Of a DNA stretch of 64,000 nt, positions 1-14,139 are shown piece after piece. The position numbers were made by a program, and so were the translations under genes. Source of the DNA: Massalongia carnosa (Eukaryota); assembly GCA_965645245.1 (NCBI GenBank), contig OZ287070.1, positions 1,364,001-1,428,000 on the forward strand. Direction: 5' to 3'. Numbering within the stretch: the stretch's first letter is position 1; each line of letters opens with the position of its first letter. The notes beneath the pieces were generated by a model that worked only from the letters and a program-made list of their open reading frames with translations, was not told the origin of the DNA and searched no databases.

Positions 1-1461
1 GACCATTATACCAAATTTCTGAGCCGTAGTCCGAAATAGGAATAATGCATGACATATAGAGCTGTCTGCATGCGGTCGGTTTCAGACCCCATTCGGATTT
101 CATCAAATTCTGAATTGCAAAAAACGATCGATTCGCAGAAGAGATCCGCGTTTCGACGTGTTTTTTGAAATTTAGTTTTCGGTCTAACCAGACGCCCAAC
201 CATTTGACTACATTTTTCGGTTCTAGTACTGTCCCGTTTGGTAATTCCAATGTGTCTTTCGATACATTTCTTGTCTTTTCGAAGTGAATCAGCTCGGATT
301 TATCGTCATCAAATTTGACATTATTCGATGCGGCCCAATCAAAGGCCGTTTTGACTATGATTTCGATTTCTTTGCAATTCTGTTTTGCAGTTTTATTTTC
401 GACATATATTGCAACATCGTCAATAAAACTGGAAGAATGTGCATTGAATTTCATTCGTATTTTCGGAAACAAGTGACGAATGTAAATCAGAAATAGAATA
501 GGCGAGATTGGTGAGCCTTGTGGAATTCCTGATTCGACATAATATGTTTTGCTTAAATTTTCATCAAATATCAAATTGATCGATCGCTTTGTCATGAAAT
601 GCTTGACCCATTGAATTATTATGCGAGATAATTTCAGCTTTTTCATAACATTTAGCAGTTGATTAATCGAGACAAAGTCAAATGCGCCTTTGACATCGAG
701 TAATAAACATGATAAGACGTTTTTATTTCTATTTGCAATTTCAATATCATGAACAACGTTCATTACTGCGTCAATTGCAGAATGATTTTTGCGTCCGCCC
801 ATCTGTTCGATATCGAGTAAATTCGAATTTTCGCCGAAGTAGGCTAGTCGATTTGCAACGATTTTCTCAGCAATTTTACCAAGACAATTTAATAATATGA
901 TAATTCGATATGATTTTGGAAACGAATAGTCCGATTTATTAGGTTTTTTCAGAACTGCACCGAGTCCTGTCCGCCAGCATAACGGGTGATAACCGATTCG
1001 AATGAATTTCGAATAAATCATGAAAAACACGTTTTTCAACGATTGAAACGATTTTTGAACAATTGTAAAATTGATTGCATCAGGTCCACATGCTTTCTTC
1101 GGATTAAATAAACTAATCGCATTTTTCAACTCGTTTTCGGTCAAATCTGGCCAATTATCATCATTTACGCTGTCTTGATTTGATAAATCTTCCTCATTAT
1201 CGTCAATAAATGGGTTTTTTGTATACATTGCTGACACAAATGCATCGCATTTGTCATCAAACTGAACATTTAGCTTGTTTTCATGTAAAATCGGCGGTAT
1301 TTTTTCGAATATTCGCGGTTTAGTGTATTTATACGCGGTAAATACATCTTTATTTGCTGCATTTTCAAGAAAAGTAAACCATGTTTGTTGTTTTGCTTTT
1401 CGAATTGCATGAAAATACTCGATTCGACTATGTTTAAACGTCCGATGACTAAAATCGGACG
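1..1461 (-). mobile_element. 5'-truncated Tad1-like LINE (ORF2 RT region); 3' end lies outside the window
   Basis: Near-identical to 3968-5428; stops abruptly at ...aaaatcggacg. Confidence 0.9.
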
Positions 1462-2215
1462 TAGATTTTCTGATCAAATTGCATTTTGATTCTTCGAATT
1501 CCACCAGCTATGATGTGTATTGAAATCTCCACATATGACAAATTGATCAGTTGATATAGGTTAATATTTTATTAAAATCTTTTATTATTTTATTTATTCA
1601 TTAAGTGTATTCAACTTAAGGTTATGACACTAAACTATTTTAAGATATGTTTTTATTTTACAAATAAATCAACCCTTTATAACCCAACTATGTATCGTCA
1701 ATATTGCCCCGTTTTTACTCCGTGTTAGTAACAACCTTTAGTAATCGAAATATCAATTTTACAATTTTTTTTTGTAAAGCTCGTGAATATTCCAGCGTAA
1801 ATCATTTCTAATTTTACTGTTCGATCTCTCCCCAATCTCCCGTTTCGATATTTTGGTCATCGAGCTGACCTAGCATCCATTTTCTAGACGCGATTTTGTT
1901 ATCAATAAAAAATTTAATCAAAATATTATTTCCGATCCTAGTATTAAACGACATTTTTAAAGTAATTGTGGTATCGATATTTTGTTTCATGTTTAGGATT
2001 TCATTGGAACAATGTATGCAATTCATCAATAAGTGTTCTGGCGTTTGACGTTCGTTGCAGCGCCCTGTGCGTTTTGACGAGTTATAGTCTTTCAATCGGT
2101 GCAGATATGATCGAAAATAACCGTGTCCGAATTCATATGCATAATAGTCGCAAATATCAATTTTCGAACAATTATTCGACAGATAATAAAAACTCGATTT
2201 GCCCGGCAGCATTTC
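1462..2215 (-). mobile_element. Degenerate LINE pieces: endonuclease fragment (1462-1579) and a 3'-end fragment with poly(A) tail (copy H, ~1580-2215)
   Basis: Similar to 18769-18885 and 14445-15086; ORF 1814-2212 is a mutated ORF2 C-terminus. Confidence 0.85.
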
Positions 2216-2454
2216 TTTTTTTTTTTTTTTTTTTTATTCATTAAGTGTATTCAACCTAAGGTTATGACACTAAACTATTTTAGGATATGTTTCTATATTA
2301 CAAATAAATCAACCCTTTATAACCCATCTATGTATTGTCAATTTTTCCCCATTTTTACTCCGTGTTAGTAACAACCTATAGTAATCGAAGAATATCGATT
2401 TTAAAATTTGTCTTTGTAAGTTCGTGAATGTTTCAGCATAAATCGTTTCTGATT

Positions 2455-5400
2455 TTACTGTTCGATCTCTCCCCAACCTCCAGTTTCGAAAATCTCGTCA
2501 TCAAGCTGACCTAGTATCCATTTTCTAGTCGCGATTTTGTTATTGACAATGAATTTAATCAAAATGTCATTTCCGATTTTTGTATTAAACAACATATTCA
2601 AGTTGATCGTAGTATCGATGGTTTGTTTCATGTTTTGAATTTCATCGAAATAGTGAATGCAATTCAATAACAAGTGTTCTGGCGTTTGTCGTTGATTGCA
2701 TCGATTTGAGCATTTTGACGAATTATAATCTTTCAATCGATGTAAATATGATCGAAAATAGCCGTGTCCGAATTTTAATTGCATAATAGTAGCAAATATC
2801 AATTTGGAACAGTTGTTTGATAAATAATAAATCTCGATATGCCAGGTTTCATTTCGAATTTCTCGTAGTATTTGCCTTTTGATTTGCATTGTTGCCATTG
2901 ATTCGTCCATGTGGTTAGCATATTTTGATTTATTTGATCTTTTATATAATCAAATGTTATAGCCGAGGACTCGACTAGGATTTGATTATGGCCCGTCTTT
3001 GCTATTTTGTCTGCAATTTCGTTTTCGGTAATATTCGAATGACTCGGAACCCATTGCAAAATCACCTGATAATTGCTTTCAAATAAGCGTTTTGCGAGCT
3101 TTCGAATTTGTCTTGCGAAAATATGATTTTTCAAGTTCTGAATTTCGTTTATCGCGTTTATACTATCAGAAAAAATCCAAATCGTTTTTTCCAAGTTCGA
3201 TAAAATATTAGTATTAGACAATTTATAGACCCATTTCATTGCTTGTAAAATTGCATGCAGTTCAGCATTTTTAATGCTTGACTGTTTGCTTAATTTCCAG
3301 CTTTTCGAAATCGTATGATACTTGATCAGACAATCTTTTTCGATAAATCGATCAAAATTATTGATAATACTACTCCAATTCCTCATAATTGGCGCAAATG
3401 TGACTGCAGACGTTGCAAATTCGATTTTCGATCCATCTGTATAAAGTAAAACTCGGGATTTATCGGAGTTCATTGATTTAATTTTGGATAAGGTCGAATA
3501 ATAACTTGATTTAGCAGATTCCTTTGTATTTTCGATTTGAAATTTGATTTTGCAAGGCGGTTTCCAAGGTTTAATAAAATGATTTGATTGTTCAAATTCA
3601 TCAGTTTTGTGAACTATATCGGAAACGGAATGAAGAACGCGAATAAGCTGACTAGGATGTCGTTTATTTGTTTGTTTTTCGTCTTCGTTCCATTCGGCAT
3701 ATTTGTTGTTCCATAAACTTGTGTCAAAACCGATATTTTCGAATTTTATCGAATATGTGTTTGGAATTCTTTGACAAATAGGGTTATTTTCGGCAATCTT
3801 CAATAATCGAATTGCGTATTTTTGATTTTTCATTAATAATCGAAGTTTAACTGGTAAAACATGTGATTCAATTTCCATCGCCTGAATAGGTGTGGTTTTG
3901 AAAGTTCCTAAAATCTTTCGAATCATTTGATTTTGTAGGTTCTGAAATAGTTTTTCATATTTCTTTTGACCATTATACCAAATTTCTGAGCCGTAGTCCG
4001 AAATAGGAATAATGCATGACATATAGAGCTGTCTGCATGCGGTCGGTTTCAGACCCCATTCGGATTTCATCAAATTCTGAATTGCAAAAAACGATCGATT
4101 CGCAGAAGAGATCCGCGTTTCGACGTGTTTTTTGAAATTTAGTTTTCGGTCTAACCAGACGCCCAACCATTTGACTACATTTTTCGGTTCTAGTACTGTC
4201 CCGTTTGGTAATTCCAATGTGTCTTTCGATACATTTCTTGTCTTTTCGAAGTGAATCAGCTCGGATTTATCGTCATCAAATTTGACATTATTCGATGCGG
4301 CCCAATCAAAGGCCGTTTTGACTATGATTTCGATTTCTTTGCAATTCTGTTTTGCAGTTTTATTTTCGACATATATTGCAACATCGTCAATAAAACTGGG
4401 AGAATGTGCATTGAATTTCATTCGTATTTTCGGAAACAAGTGACGAATGTAAAGCAGAAATAGAATAGGCGAGATTGGTGAGCCTTGTGGAATTCCTGAT
4501 TCGACATAATATGTTTTGCTTAAATTTTCATCAAATATCAAATTGATCGATCGCTTTGTCATGAAATGCTTGACCCATTGAATTATTATGCGAGATAATT
4601 TCAGCTTTTTCATAACATTTAGCAGTTGATTAATCGAGACAAAGTCAAATGCGCCTTTGACATCGAGTAATAAACATGATAAGACGTTTTTATTTCTATT
4701 TGCAATTTCAATATCATGAACAACGTTCATTACTGCGTCAATTGCAGAATGATTTTTGCGTCCGCCCATCTGTTCGATATCGAGTAAATTCGAATTTTCG
4801 CCGAAGTAGGCTAGTCGATTTGCAACGATTTTCTCAGCAATTTTACCAAGACAATTTAATAATGTGATAATTCGATATGATTTTGGAAACGAATAGTCCG
4901 ATTTATTAGGTTTTTTCAGAACTGCACCGAGTCCTGTCCGCCAGCATAACGGGTGATAACCGATTCGAATGAATTTCGAATAAATCATGAAAAACACGTT
5001 TTTCAACGATTGAAACGATTTTTGAACAATTGTAAAATTGATTGCATCAGGTCCACATGCTTTCTTCGGATTAAATAAACTAATCGCATTTTTCAACTCG
5101 TTTTCGGTCAAATCTGGCCAATTATCATCATTTACGCTGTCTTGATTTGATAAATCTTCCTCATTATCGTCAATAAATGGGTTTTTTGTATACATTGCTG
5201 ACACAAATGCATCGCATTTGTCATCAAACTGAACATTTAGCTTGTTTTCATGTAGAATCGGCGGTATTTTTTCGAATATGCGCGGTTTAGTATATTTATA
5301 CGCGGTAAACACGTCTTTATTCGCTGCATTTTCTAGAAAAGTCAACCAGGTTTGTTGTTTTGCTTTTCGAATTGCATGAAAATACTCGATTCGACTATGT

Positions 5401-6467
5401 TTAAACGTCCGATGACTAAAATCGGACGGATAATTCTTCCATTCTCGACGATGTCTGCACATGGTTTTTCGAAGTTCAGTTAAATCATGCGACCACCAAT
5501 TTTTCGATTTTGCACAAATTTTCGTTTTCGGAATAAACATTTCAGCCGCGTTTTTGATAATGTTTTGCAAATATATCGCTGATTCGTCGAATTGATGATT
5601 ATTTAATAAACTTTGAACTTGTGATTCGTAGATGGTTGAATTTTCGTCTAGATACTTCGCGAATTTATTCCAATCAGCTTTATTGCAATTGTATTTATTC
5701 GATAATGCGGTTGCATGTGACCTCAAGTTTTTGAAAGATGCGATTAGTTCAAATCGGATGACTTCATGATCTGAACCTGTGACTGCGTTTTCATCGATTG
5801 ACCAATTTGTAATTGCATTTTCGATTTTAGAATTTGCAAAAGTTAAATCAATAACAGATGAAGAACTTCCAGAATGGGCGTAGTATGTACATAAGTCAGG
5901 TGTGTTTATCAAGCTACACCTGTTTAATTTCAACCATTTGACAAGATTTTCTGATCGAATTGCTCGTTGAATTTTCGAATTCCACCAGTTATGATGTGCA
6001 TTGAAATCTCCACAGATGACGAATTGATCAGTTGATTTTGGTTGTAATTGGATTAAAAGTCGATCGATCGTGTATGTTTCTCGATCACTTTGACTTTTTT
6101 CGTAATAAATATTGAAAATCTGCACTTTTCGAACTTCATCAATTGTAATTTCAATAATTTGCATATCGGAATCGTCAATAAGATCCGTTCTAGGCGTGCA
6201 TTGCAGTTTGGAATTGCCATTTGTGACAAATATAGCTACTCTCGAGCGATAAGTCGCTATTTTTGGCATAATACATGTAAATGACGGATGTGATATTGTT
6301 TTTTGATCTCGTGTCCATGGTTCCTGAAACAAAACAATATCAATTTGATTTGATAAAGCATATTCCAAACACGATATCATTGCATTCGTTGACTTTGCAC
6401 AATTATGTTGAATAAATTTAACATTTTGTGTATTTTCGATGTTTGTCAACGAATGCTGTCCTGCCAT
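2455..6467 (-). pseudogene. LINE ORF2 (APE endonuclease, reverse transcriptase, RNase H, CCHC) with a 1-nt frameshift near 2830
   Basis: Motifs GDFNAHH, SDH, PQGSPISP, FIDD, YTDGS/AEL/SDS; C-terminus lies in a second frame (2455-2910) but is contiguous in copy E. Confidence 0.92.
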
Positions 6468-8125
6468 TACAAAGCGGCTAATTCGTCAGTCGATTTTCGA
6501 ACATTTAACGATATAACCATTTCACAATTTTCATCATTGGATTGATGATTCTTGTTGCAATTCGCGCATTTGACGACGGCGTGTGCACAAGCAATTTTTG
6601 ACTTGCATGTTGTGCATTCATGATTGCGTGTTTCATGGTTTTGCGCACATATGCTGCATTTCGCTTGACTTTTGCATTGATAATGCTTGTGTCCAAATTT
6701 TTGACAATTAATGCATTGTGTGTTTGGACGAACGGAGGTAAATATTTCCGTGTCACAATGTCGGCCCGCGATATTGACTCCTTTTAACGCGTTCAAGGCC
6801 ATATTTCGATCATTGAATGTCAAAACAACGGATGATTTGATCTTGTTATGACGATCACGTGCTAGCCATCTGGGAACATCGCATAATTGCATGTTCGAAT
6901 TGAACTTTTGAATTTCGTCTTGCAAATATTGCATGTTTTCATCAAATGTTGCAATATTTACACCGTGTGCGACGACTTTGAACCACGATTCGTCCTTTCG
7001 AACTGTTCGTGGGTCGAATAAATGCTCCCATATTGATTTATTGTTCAATAAATCTTCAGCAGTGTTATCAGGACTAGTAGTCAGAACGATGTTTTGACCC
7101 GTTTTGGACTTTTCGACCGTGTTAACAACGATAGTCAATTTCGCGTCTTTAAAAAGCGAATTGATTTGGTTTCGAAGCAACAGTGAATCGATATCGCCGA
7201 TTTGAGCTTTCGGTGTGATTATCAATCGTCGAGATTTGATCGCCTTGAAATCGTCAGTATTATCGAATTTGTTCGCATTCGAATTATTGTTGTTGTTCTT
7301 GTTTGTTTTTTTGGATCGAGGAACGGTAGTCCAATTTTCGGAATTGACAGTCGCTTTTCCGAGCATTTGGCTCCATGTTCTAGCTGTATCGTTGACCTGC
7401 GGCCCTGGGACTCCGGCGGTTTCGCTCCGAATTTCTGGGTTGACGTTTTGAGTCAAATTCGAATTTCCATTTGAATTTCCCTTCGATTTTGTCTGTATAG
7501 GATGCACCGATTGTCTCTTTGTTTCTGGAATTTGGCTAGTTTGTTCTAGCACCCTATTCAATTTCCAATCAATCATTTCTAACGTTGCTTTTGGCTTGAT
7601 CGATTTCTTTGCCAGTAGAGAATTGACGTGATCGATGACCATAGCCGTTTCGGGGTTTTGATCTATTACGAATGACTCTAATAATGCATTTTTTGCCGTA
7701 TTCAATAGTTGAATCGATTTTGATCGATTGATGACTTCTTGACTCTCAATCGAATGTTCGTCAAATGTTCGTCTTTTGTTGCGTTTAATTGGTGGACTCA
7801 GTCGAATATCAGAATTCAATGATGGCATGGGCAGATTGGTATTGAATTCACCAGATGGCGCGACAAAAGGTTTCGTTTTTGGGGTGGGTGTGGACGGTGC
7901 GGACGAAAATTCTCGCGTTTGGTCCATGGCCTCCGTGGATTCTACGGTTAGGGGGTTGCTCCCAATTATCGCTACCGAAGATGGCGTGGGGGAGTCGGTT
8001 CGGGGGGGGCACGGGGGAGTACTCGGGGGGACCCATAGATGTTGTGGAGGGGGGCCTGGGGGAGGAGTTGTTGGTATCAATCGATTTGGTCTATGACCTA
8101 TCGGGTTAAATCTTCGATTGAGCAT
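6467..8125 (-). CDS. LINE ORF1 (gag-like; Pro-rich N-terminus, C-terminal Cys/His knuckles), 552 aa
   Basis: CINCQKFGHKHYQC and further knuckles; stop overlaps ORF2 start (TAATG). Confidence 0.92.
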   Translation of the reverse strand: MLNRRFNPIGHRPNRLIPTTPPPGPPPQHLWVPPSTPPCPPRTDSPTPSSVAIIGSNPLTVESTEAMDQTREFSSAPSTPTPKTKPFVAPSGEFNTNLPMPSLNSDIRLSPPIKRNKRRTFDEHSIESQEVINRSKSIQLLNTAKNALLESFVIDQNPETAMVIDHVNSLLAKKSIKPKATLEMIDWKLNRVLEQTSQIPETKRQSVHPIQTKSKGNSNGNSNLTQNVNPEIRSETAGVPGPQVNDTARTWSQMLGKATVNSENWTTVPRSKKTNKNNNNNSNANKFDNTDDFKAIKSRRLIITPKAQIGDIDSLLLRNQINSLFKDAKLTIVVNTVEKSKTGQNIVLTTSPDNTAEDLLNNKSIWEHLFDPRTVRKDESWFKVVAHGVNIATFDENMQYLQDEIQKFNSNMQLCDVPRWLARDRHNKIKSSVVLTFNDRNMALNALKGVNIAGRHCDTEIFTSVRPNTQCINCQKFGHKHYQCKSQAKCSICAQNHETRNHECTTCKSKIACAHAVVKCANCNKNHQSNDENCEMVISLNVRKSTDELAAL

Positions 8126-11100
8126 AGTGTTTTTGCCTTTGCAATATCCCTTTTATCGCCACCAAATAATTTATTCTGACTTTCCCCGGACGTACTAGTC
8201 AGAATAGAATTTACACCTGTTTGTTTACTGGTCAAATGACTCTTTCTTTCCTATCCCTATTTATTTGACTATAACGCGTCAAATAAATCCTAATCGGGTT
8301 AAAATAGACCGTTCCTCGCTAAGGCAGTAAGTCTTATTTAACCCTTTACCAGACACTACAATAGGTGAAAATAATGAAAGTTTTTTTTTTGCTTTTTTCA
8401 ATAAAGATAAATTTTAATGCAATGTAAGACAATAGGAGACTTCCTATTCTGATTAATCTGAAACAGGACCTTTGGTATAATCCTATTCCAGACGTTTTTC
8501 CCCTTCTTTTCAGTGATCTGTTGACCGGCCGTTCAACGAAGATCTATAAAGCCGAAAATGGAATGTGCAAAAATTATACGTGAAATATGCTATGAAAATT
8601 TGTGCTTGCGGAAGTTCCCGTAACCTTAAATGAGGAATGAACTTTAGAAGACTCTGACGTCGCGACAGTTGTTGTACAGTCCCGCGAGAGTAGATAATTT
8701 TTGTAGATAATTTTTATAGTAATAATTGAAGGTCATGCGACAACAGAACAGAAGAAAACAAGAAAAAAGAGCGATTTTTGGTGAGGTTGTTGGTATTTGT
8801 TGTTTTTTCCAACTTCTAGAGCGCGCTTTATCACGTCGGTCGCGTGCGACCAGCAGAAAAACTCTGCTGGAGCTTTGCTAGAGCTCTCCTACACTCAATC
8901 TGTGAGCGTTTTAACTCTGGAGGAGCGCAAATGACTGAGAAATAGAGGCTCAATTGACTGTTAAAGTTATAGTGTATCAAAAGTTGCGGTACTTGTGTTT
9001 CTTGTTGTTCAGGCGTGGGATGTCAATGCAACTATTGTAGTGTCTGGTAAAGGGTTAAATAAGATTTACTGCCTAAGCGAGGAACGGTCTATTTTAACCC
9101 GATTAGGATTTATTTGACGAGTTATTGTCATATAAATAGGGATAGGAAAGCAAGAGTCGTTAGACCTGTAAATTGGTGTAAATTTCTATTCTGATTAGTA
9201 CGTCCGGGGAACATCAGAATAAATTATTTGGTGGTGATAAAAGGGATATTGAAAAGGCATATCGATTTATTTATTAAATCATGTTCAATCCGGTACTCCC
9301 TAGGACTCGACGAATTATATCGAGAGCCTCCCCGGGAACACCCCTGAGCACTCCTCAAAACCCTCCCCAAATGGAATCTCCGGGGCTCTCGTCAGTAGGA
9401 CTTATAGAAAAATCTCCTGTACTTGACGAGCCTATGGATCAATCACATGAATATTCGTCCTCCCCGACTACGCCGACCCCAAAAGCAACCAATTCCCATC
9501 TGGACAATTTACTACCAATCTACCCATGCCATCGTTAAATTCTAATATAGAATTAAGCCCGCCTATCAAACGTAACAAACGAAAAACATTCGACGAACGA
9601 GTAGAGGAAAGCCAAGAAGCAATCAATCGAGCACAATCGATTGGATTACTCAAAACGGCTAAAACCGCGTTATTGAAGTCATTTGTCTTAGATCAAAATC
9701 CAGAAACAGCAATAGTCATTGATAATGTCAATTCCTTATTGACAAAAAAATCAATTAATATAAAAACAACACTAGATATGATGAATTGGAAATTGGACAA
9801 GGTAATTGATCAGACTAGTAATCGAACCTCAGAAACAACGCGAAAATCGACTCGGGTTCAACAAGTCAATACGACTGAAAATCCAAATAAAGTCGTCAAC
9901 ACGAACGCACGAAAGGAAACCGCCGGGGTTACGAGTACAAAGGTCAATAACACGCCTCCATCCTGGAGTCAAATGCTTGGAAAAGCAACTGCGAATTCCG
10001 AAAATTGGACCACTGTTTCCAGATCGAAAAATTCGAGTCAAACCTCGAACAAATTCGACAAAACCTCGAACAAATTCGACAAAACCGACGAATTAAATGC
10101 AATCAAACTCAGACGACTGATAATTACACCAAAAAGTCAAATCGGCGATATCGACTCATTGAAACTTCGAGATCAAATCAACGCGCAATTCAGCAACGCG
10201 AAGTTAGATATCGGAATCAACACGGTCGAAAAATCGGAAACCGGTCAGAATATCGTTCTCACTACTAGTTCGAAAAACACTGCTGCAGAATTGTTGGAAA
10301 ACAAGTCTATATGGGAACATATGTTCGATGCACAAAGAATTCGAAAAGACGAATCCTGGTTTAAAGTGATCGCACATGGAGTAAATATTGCAACGTTTGA
10401 TCAAAATATGCAATATTTGCAAAATGAAATCCAGAAATTCAACCTTAACATGGAATTATGCGAATTGCCCAGATGGCTAGCGCGAGACCGCGAAAATAAA
10501 GTCAATTCTTCGGTCGTTTTGACTTTTAACGATCGAAATCAGGCCTTAAACGCGTTTTTTTTTATTATTTATTCATTGAGTGTATTCAACCTAAGGTTAT
10601 GACACTCAACTATTTTAAGATATATTTCTATAATACAAATAAATGAACCCTTTATAACCCATCTATGAATCTTCAATTTTTCCCCGTTTTTACTCCGTGT
10701 TAGTAACAACCTATAGTAATCGAATTTTCGATTTTACAATTTGTCTTTGTAAAGTTCGTAAGTGTTTCAGGATAAATCAATTCTGATTTTACTGTTCGAT
10801 CTCTCCCCAACCTCCCGTTTCGAAAATTTCGTCTTCTAGCTGACCTAGTATCCATTTTCTAGTAGCGATATTGTTTTTGGCAATAAACTTTATCAAAATG
10901 TCATTTCCAATTTTGGTATTGAATAAAATGTTCAAATTGATTGTAGTATCGATACTTTGTTTCATTATTTGAATTTCTTCAAAATAGTGATTGCAGTTCA
11001 ACAATAGATGTTCTTGCGTTTGACTTTCGTTGCATCTATTCGTGCATTTTGACGAATTGTAATCTTTCAATCGATATAGATATGAACGAAAATAACCGTG

Positions 11101-12970
11101 TCCGAATTTCAGCTGCATAATGGTAGCAAATATCATTTTCGAACAATTGTTTGACAAATGATAAAAGCTCGATTTGCCAGGTTGCCTATCAAATTTCTCG
11201 TAATGTTTGCCTTTTGACCTGCATCGTTGCCATTGATTCGTCCATGTGTTTAGCGTATTTTGATGAATTTGACTTTTCAAGTAGTCAAATGTGATCGCCG
11301 AGGACTCCGCTATGATTTGACTGTGTCCTGCTTTCGCCGTTTTGTCTGCAATTTCATTTTCGATAACTTTCGAATGACTAGGAATCCATTGCAGAATTAT
11401 CTGATAGTTGTTTTCGAATAAACATTTTGCAATCTTTCGGATTTGCTTCGCATAAATATGATTTGTTAAATGTTGAATTTCGTTTATCACGTTCAAACTA
11501 TCGGAAAAAATCTAAATTGTTTTTTCTAAATTCGATAATATATTCTCGTTCGTTAACTTGTATACCCATTTGACTGCTTGTAAAATCGCATGAAGTTCAG
11601 CATTTTTAATGCTTGACTGTTTGCTCAATTTCCAGCTTTTCGAAAATGTATGATGTTGGATAAGGCAATCTTTTTCGATAAAGTGATCGAAATCATCGAT
11701 AAAATTGTTCCATTTTCGCATAATTGGTGCGAATGTGACCGCAGAAGTTGCAAATTCTACTTTTGATCCATCCGTATAAAGTAATATTCGTGATATTTCG
11801 GAATTCATAGATTGAATTTTGGACAAAGTCGAATAATAACTTGATTTTGCTGTTTCTTTTGACTTTTCGATTTGAAATTCGATTTTACACGACGACTTCC
11901 ATGGTTTTATGAAGTTATTTGATTGTTCGAATTCATCAGTTTTGTGAACTATGTCCGAAACGGAGTGCAAAACACGAATAAGCTGACTAAGATGTCGTTT
12001 ATTTGTTTGTTTTTCGTCTTCGTTCCATTCGGCATATTTCTTGTTCCATAAGCTAGTATCAAAACCGATGTTTTCAAATTTCATCGAATATGTGTTTGGA
12101 ATTCTGTGACAAATGGGATTATTTTCGGCAATCTTCAACAATCGAATAGCATATTTTTGATTTTTCATAAATAATCGTAGTTTGACTGGTAGAATATGTG
12201 ATTCAATTTCCATCGCCTGAACAGGTGTGGTTTTGAATGTTCCTAAAATCTTTCGAATAATACGATTTTGCAAATTCTGAAATAGTTTCTCATATTTCTG
12301 TTGACCATTGTACCAAATTTCTGAACCATAATCCGAAATAGGAACGATGCATGACAAATAAAGCTGTCTACATGCAGTCGGTTTAAGACCCCACTCTGAT
12401 TTCATCAAATTTTGAATCCCAAAGAATGACCGATTTGCAGAAGAAATTCGAGTTTCGACGTGTTTTTTGTAATTCAGTTTTCGATCTAGCCAGATTCCCA
12501 ACCATTTGACTACATTTTTCGGTTCCAGTATAGTTCCGTTTGGTAATTGCAGTGTGTCTTTCGATGCATTTCTTGTCTTTTCGAAGTGAATCAGTTCGGA
12601 TTTTTCGTCATCAAATTTGACATTATTCGATGCGGCCCAATCAAATGCAGTTTTTACTATGATTTCGATTTCTTTGCAATTCTGTTTTGCAGTTTTATTT
12701 TCGACATATATTGCAACATCGTCTATAAAACTAGGAGAATGTGCATTGAATTTCATTCGTACTTTCGGAAATAAGTGACGAATGTAGATCGAAAATAATA
12801 TAGGCGAAATAGGTGAGCCTTGTGGAATTCCTGATTCGACATAATAGGTTTTGCTTTTATTTTCATCGAATATTAGATTGACCGATCGTTTTGTCATAAA
12901 ATTTTTGACCCATTGAATAACTATACGAGATAATTTCAGATTTTTCATGACATTTAACAGCTGATTAATC

Positions 12971-14139
12971 TGAGGAATTGGAGTAGTATTATCAATAATT
13001 TTGATCGATTTATCGAAAAAGATTGTCTGATCAAGTATCATACGATTTCGAAAAGCTGGAAATTAAGCAAACAGTCAAGCATTAAAAATGCTGAACTGCA
13101 TGCAATTTTACAAGCAATGAAATGGGTCTATAAATTGTCTAATACTAATATTTTATCGAACTTGGAAAAAACGATTTGGATTTTTTCTGATAGTATAAAC
13201 GCGATAAACGAAATTCAGAACTTGAAAAATCATATTTTCGCAAGACAAATTCGAAAGCTCGCAAAACGCTTATTTGAAAGCAATTATCAGGTGATTTTGC
13301 AATGGGTTCCGAGTCATTCGAATATTACCGAAAACGAAATTGCAGACAAAATAGCAAAGACGGGCCATAATCAAATCCTAGTCGAGTCCTCGGCTATAAC
13401 ATTTGATTATATAAAAGATCAAATAAATCAAAATATGCTAACCACATGGACGAATCAATGGCAACAATGCAAATCAAAAGGCAAATACTACGAGAAATTC
13501 GAAATGAAACCTGGCATATCGAGATTTATTATTTATCAAACAACTGTTCCAAATTGATATTTGCTACTATTATGCAATTAAAATTCGGACACGGCTATTT
13601 TCGATCATATTTACATCGATTGAAAGATTATAATTCGTCAAAATGCTCAAATCGATGCAATCAACGACAAACGCCAGAACACTTGTTATTGAATTGCATT
13701 CACTATTTCGATGAAATTCAAAACATGAAACAAACCATCGATACTACGATCAACTTGAATATGTTGTTTAATACAAAAATCGGAAATGACATTTTGATTA
13801 AATTCATTGTCAATAACAAAATCGCGACTAGAAAATGGATACTAGGTCAGCTTGATGACGAGATTTTCGAAACTGGAGGTTGGGGAGAGATCGAACAGTA
13901 AAATCAGAAACGATTTATGCTGAAACATTCACGAACTTACAAAGACAAATTTTAAAATCGATATTCTTCGATTACTATAGGTTGTTACTAACACGGAGTA
14001 AAAATGGGGAAAAATTGACAATACATAGATGGGTTATAAAGGGTTGATTTATTTGTAATATAGAAACATATCCTAAAATAGTTTAATGTCATAACCTTAG
14101 GTTGAATACACTTAATGAATAAATAAAAAAATAAAAAAA
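12971..14139 (+). mobile_element. 5'-truncated LINE (copy I) inserted in A
   Basis: Poly(A) tail; TSD AACAGCTGATTAATC at 12956-12970 and 14140-14154. Confidence 0.93.

Larger units (their letters stand above)
2216..9032 (-). mobile_element. Full-length Tad1-like LINE (copy G, ~6.8 kb)
   Basis: Poly(T) at ~2216-2235, 3'UTR, ORF2, ORF1, ~900-bp 5'UTR homologous to 20875-21794 and 34855-35735; no TSD found. Confidence 0.93.
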
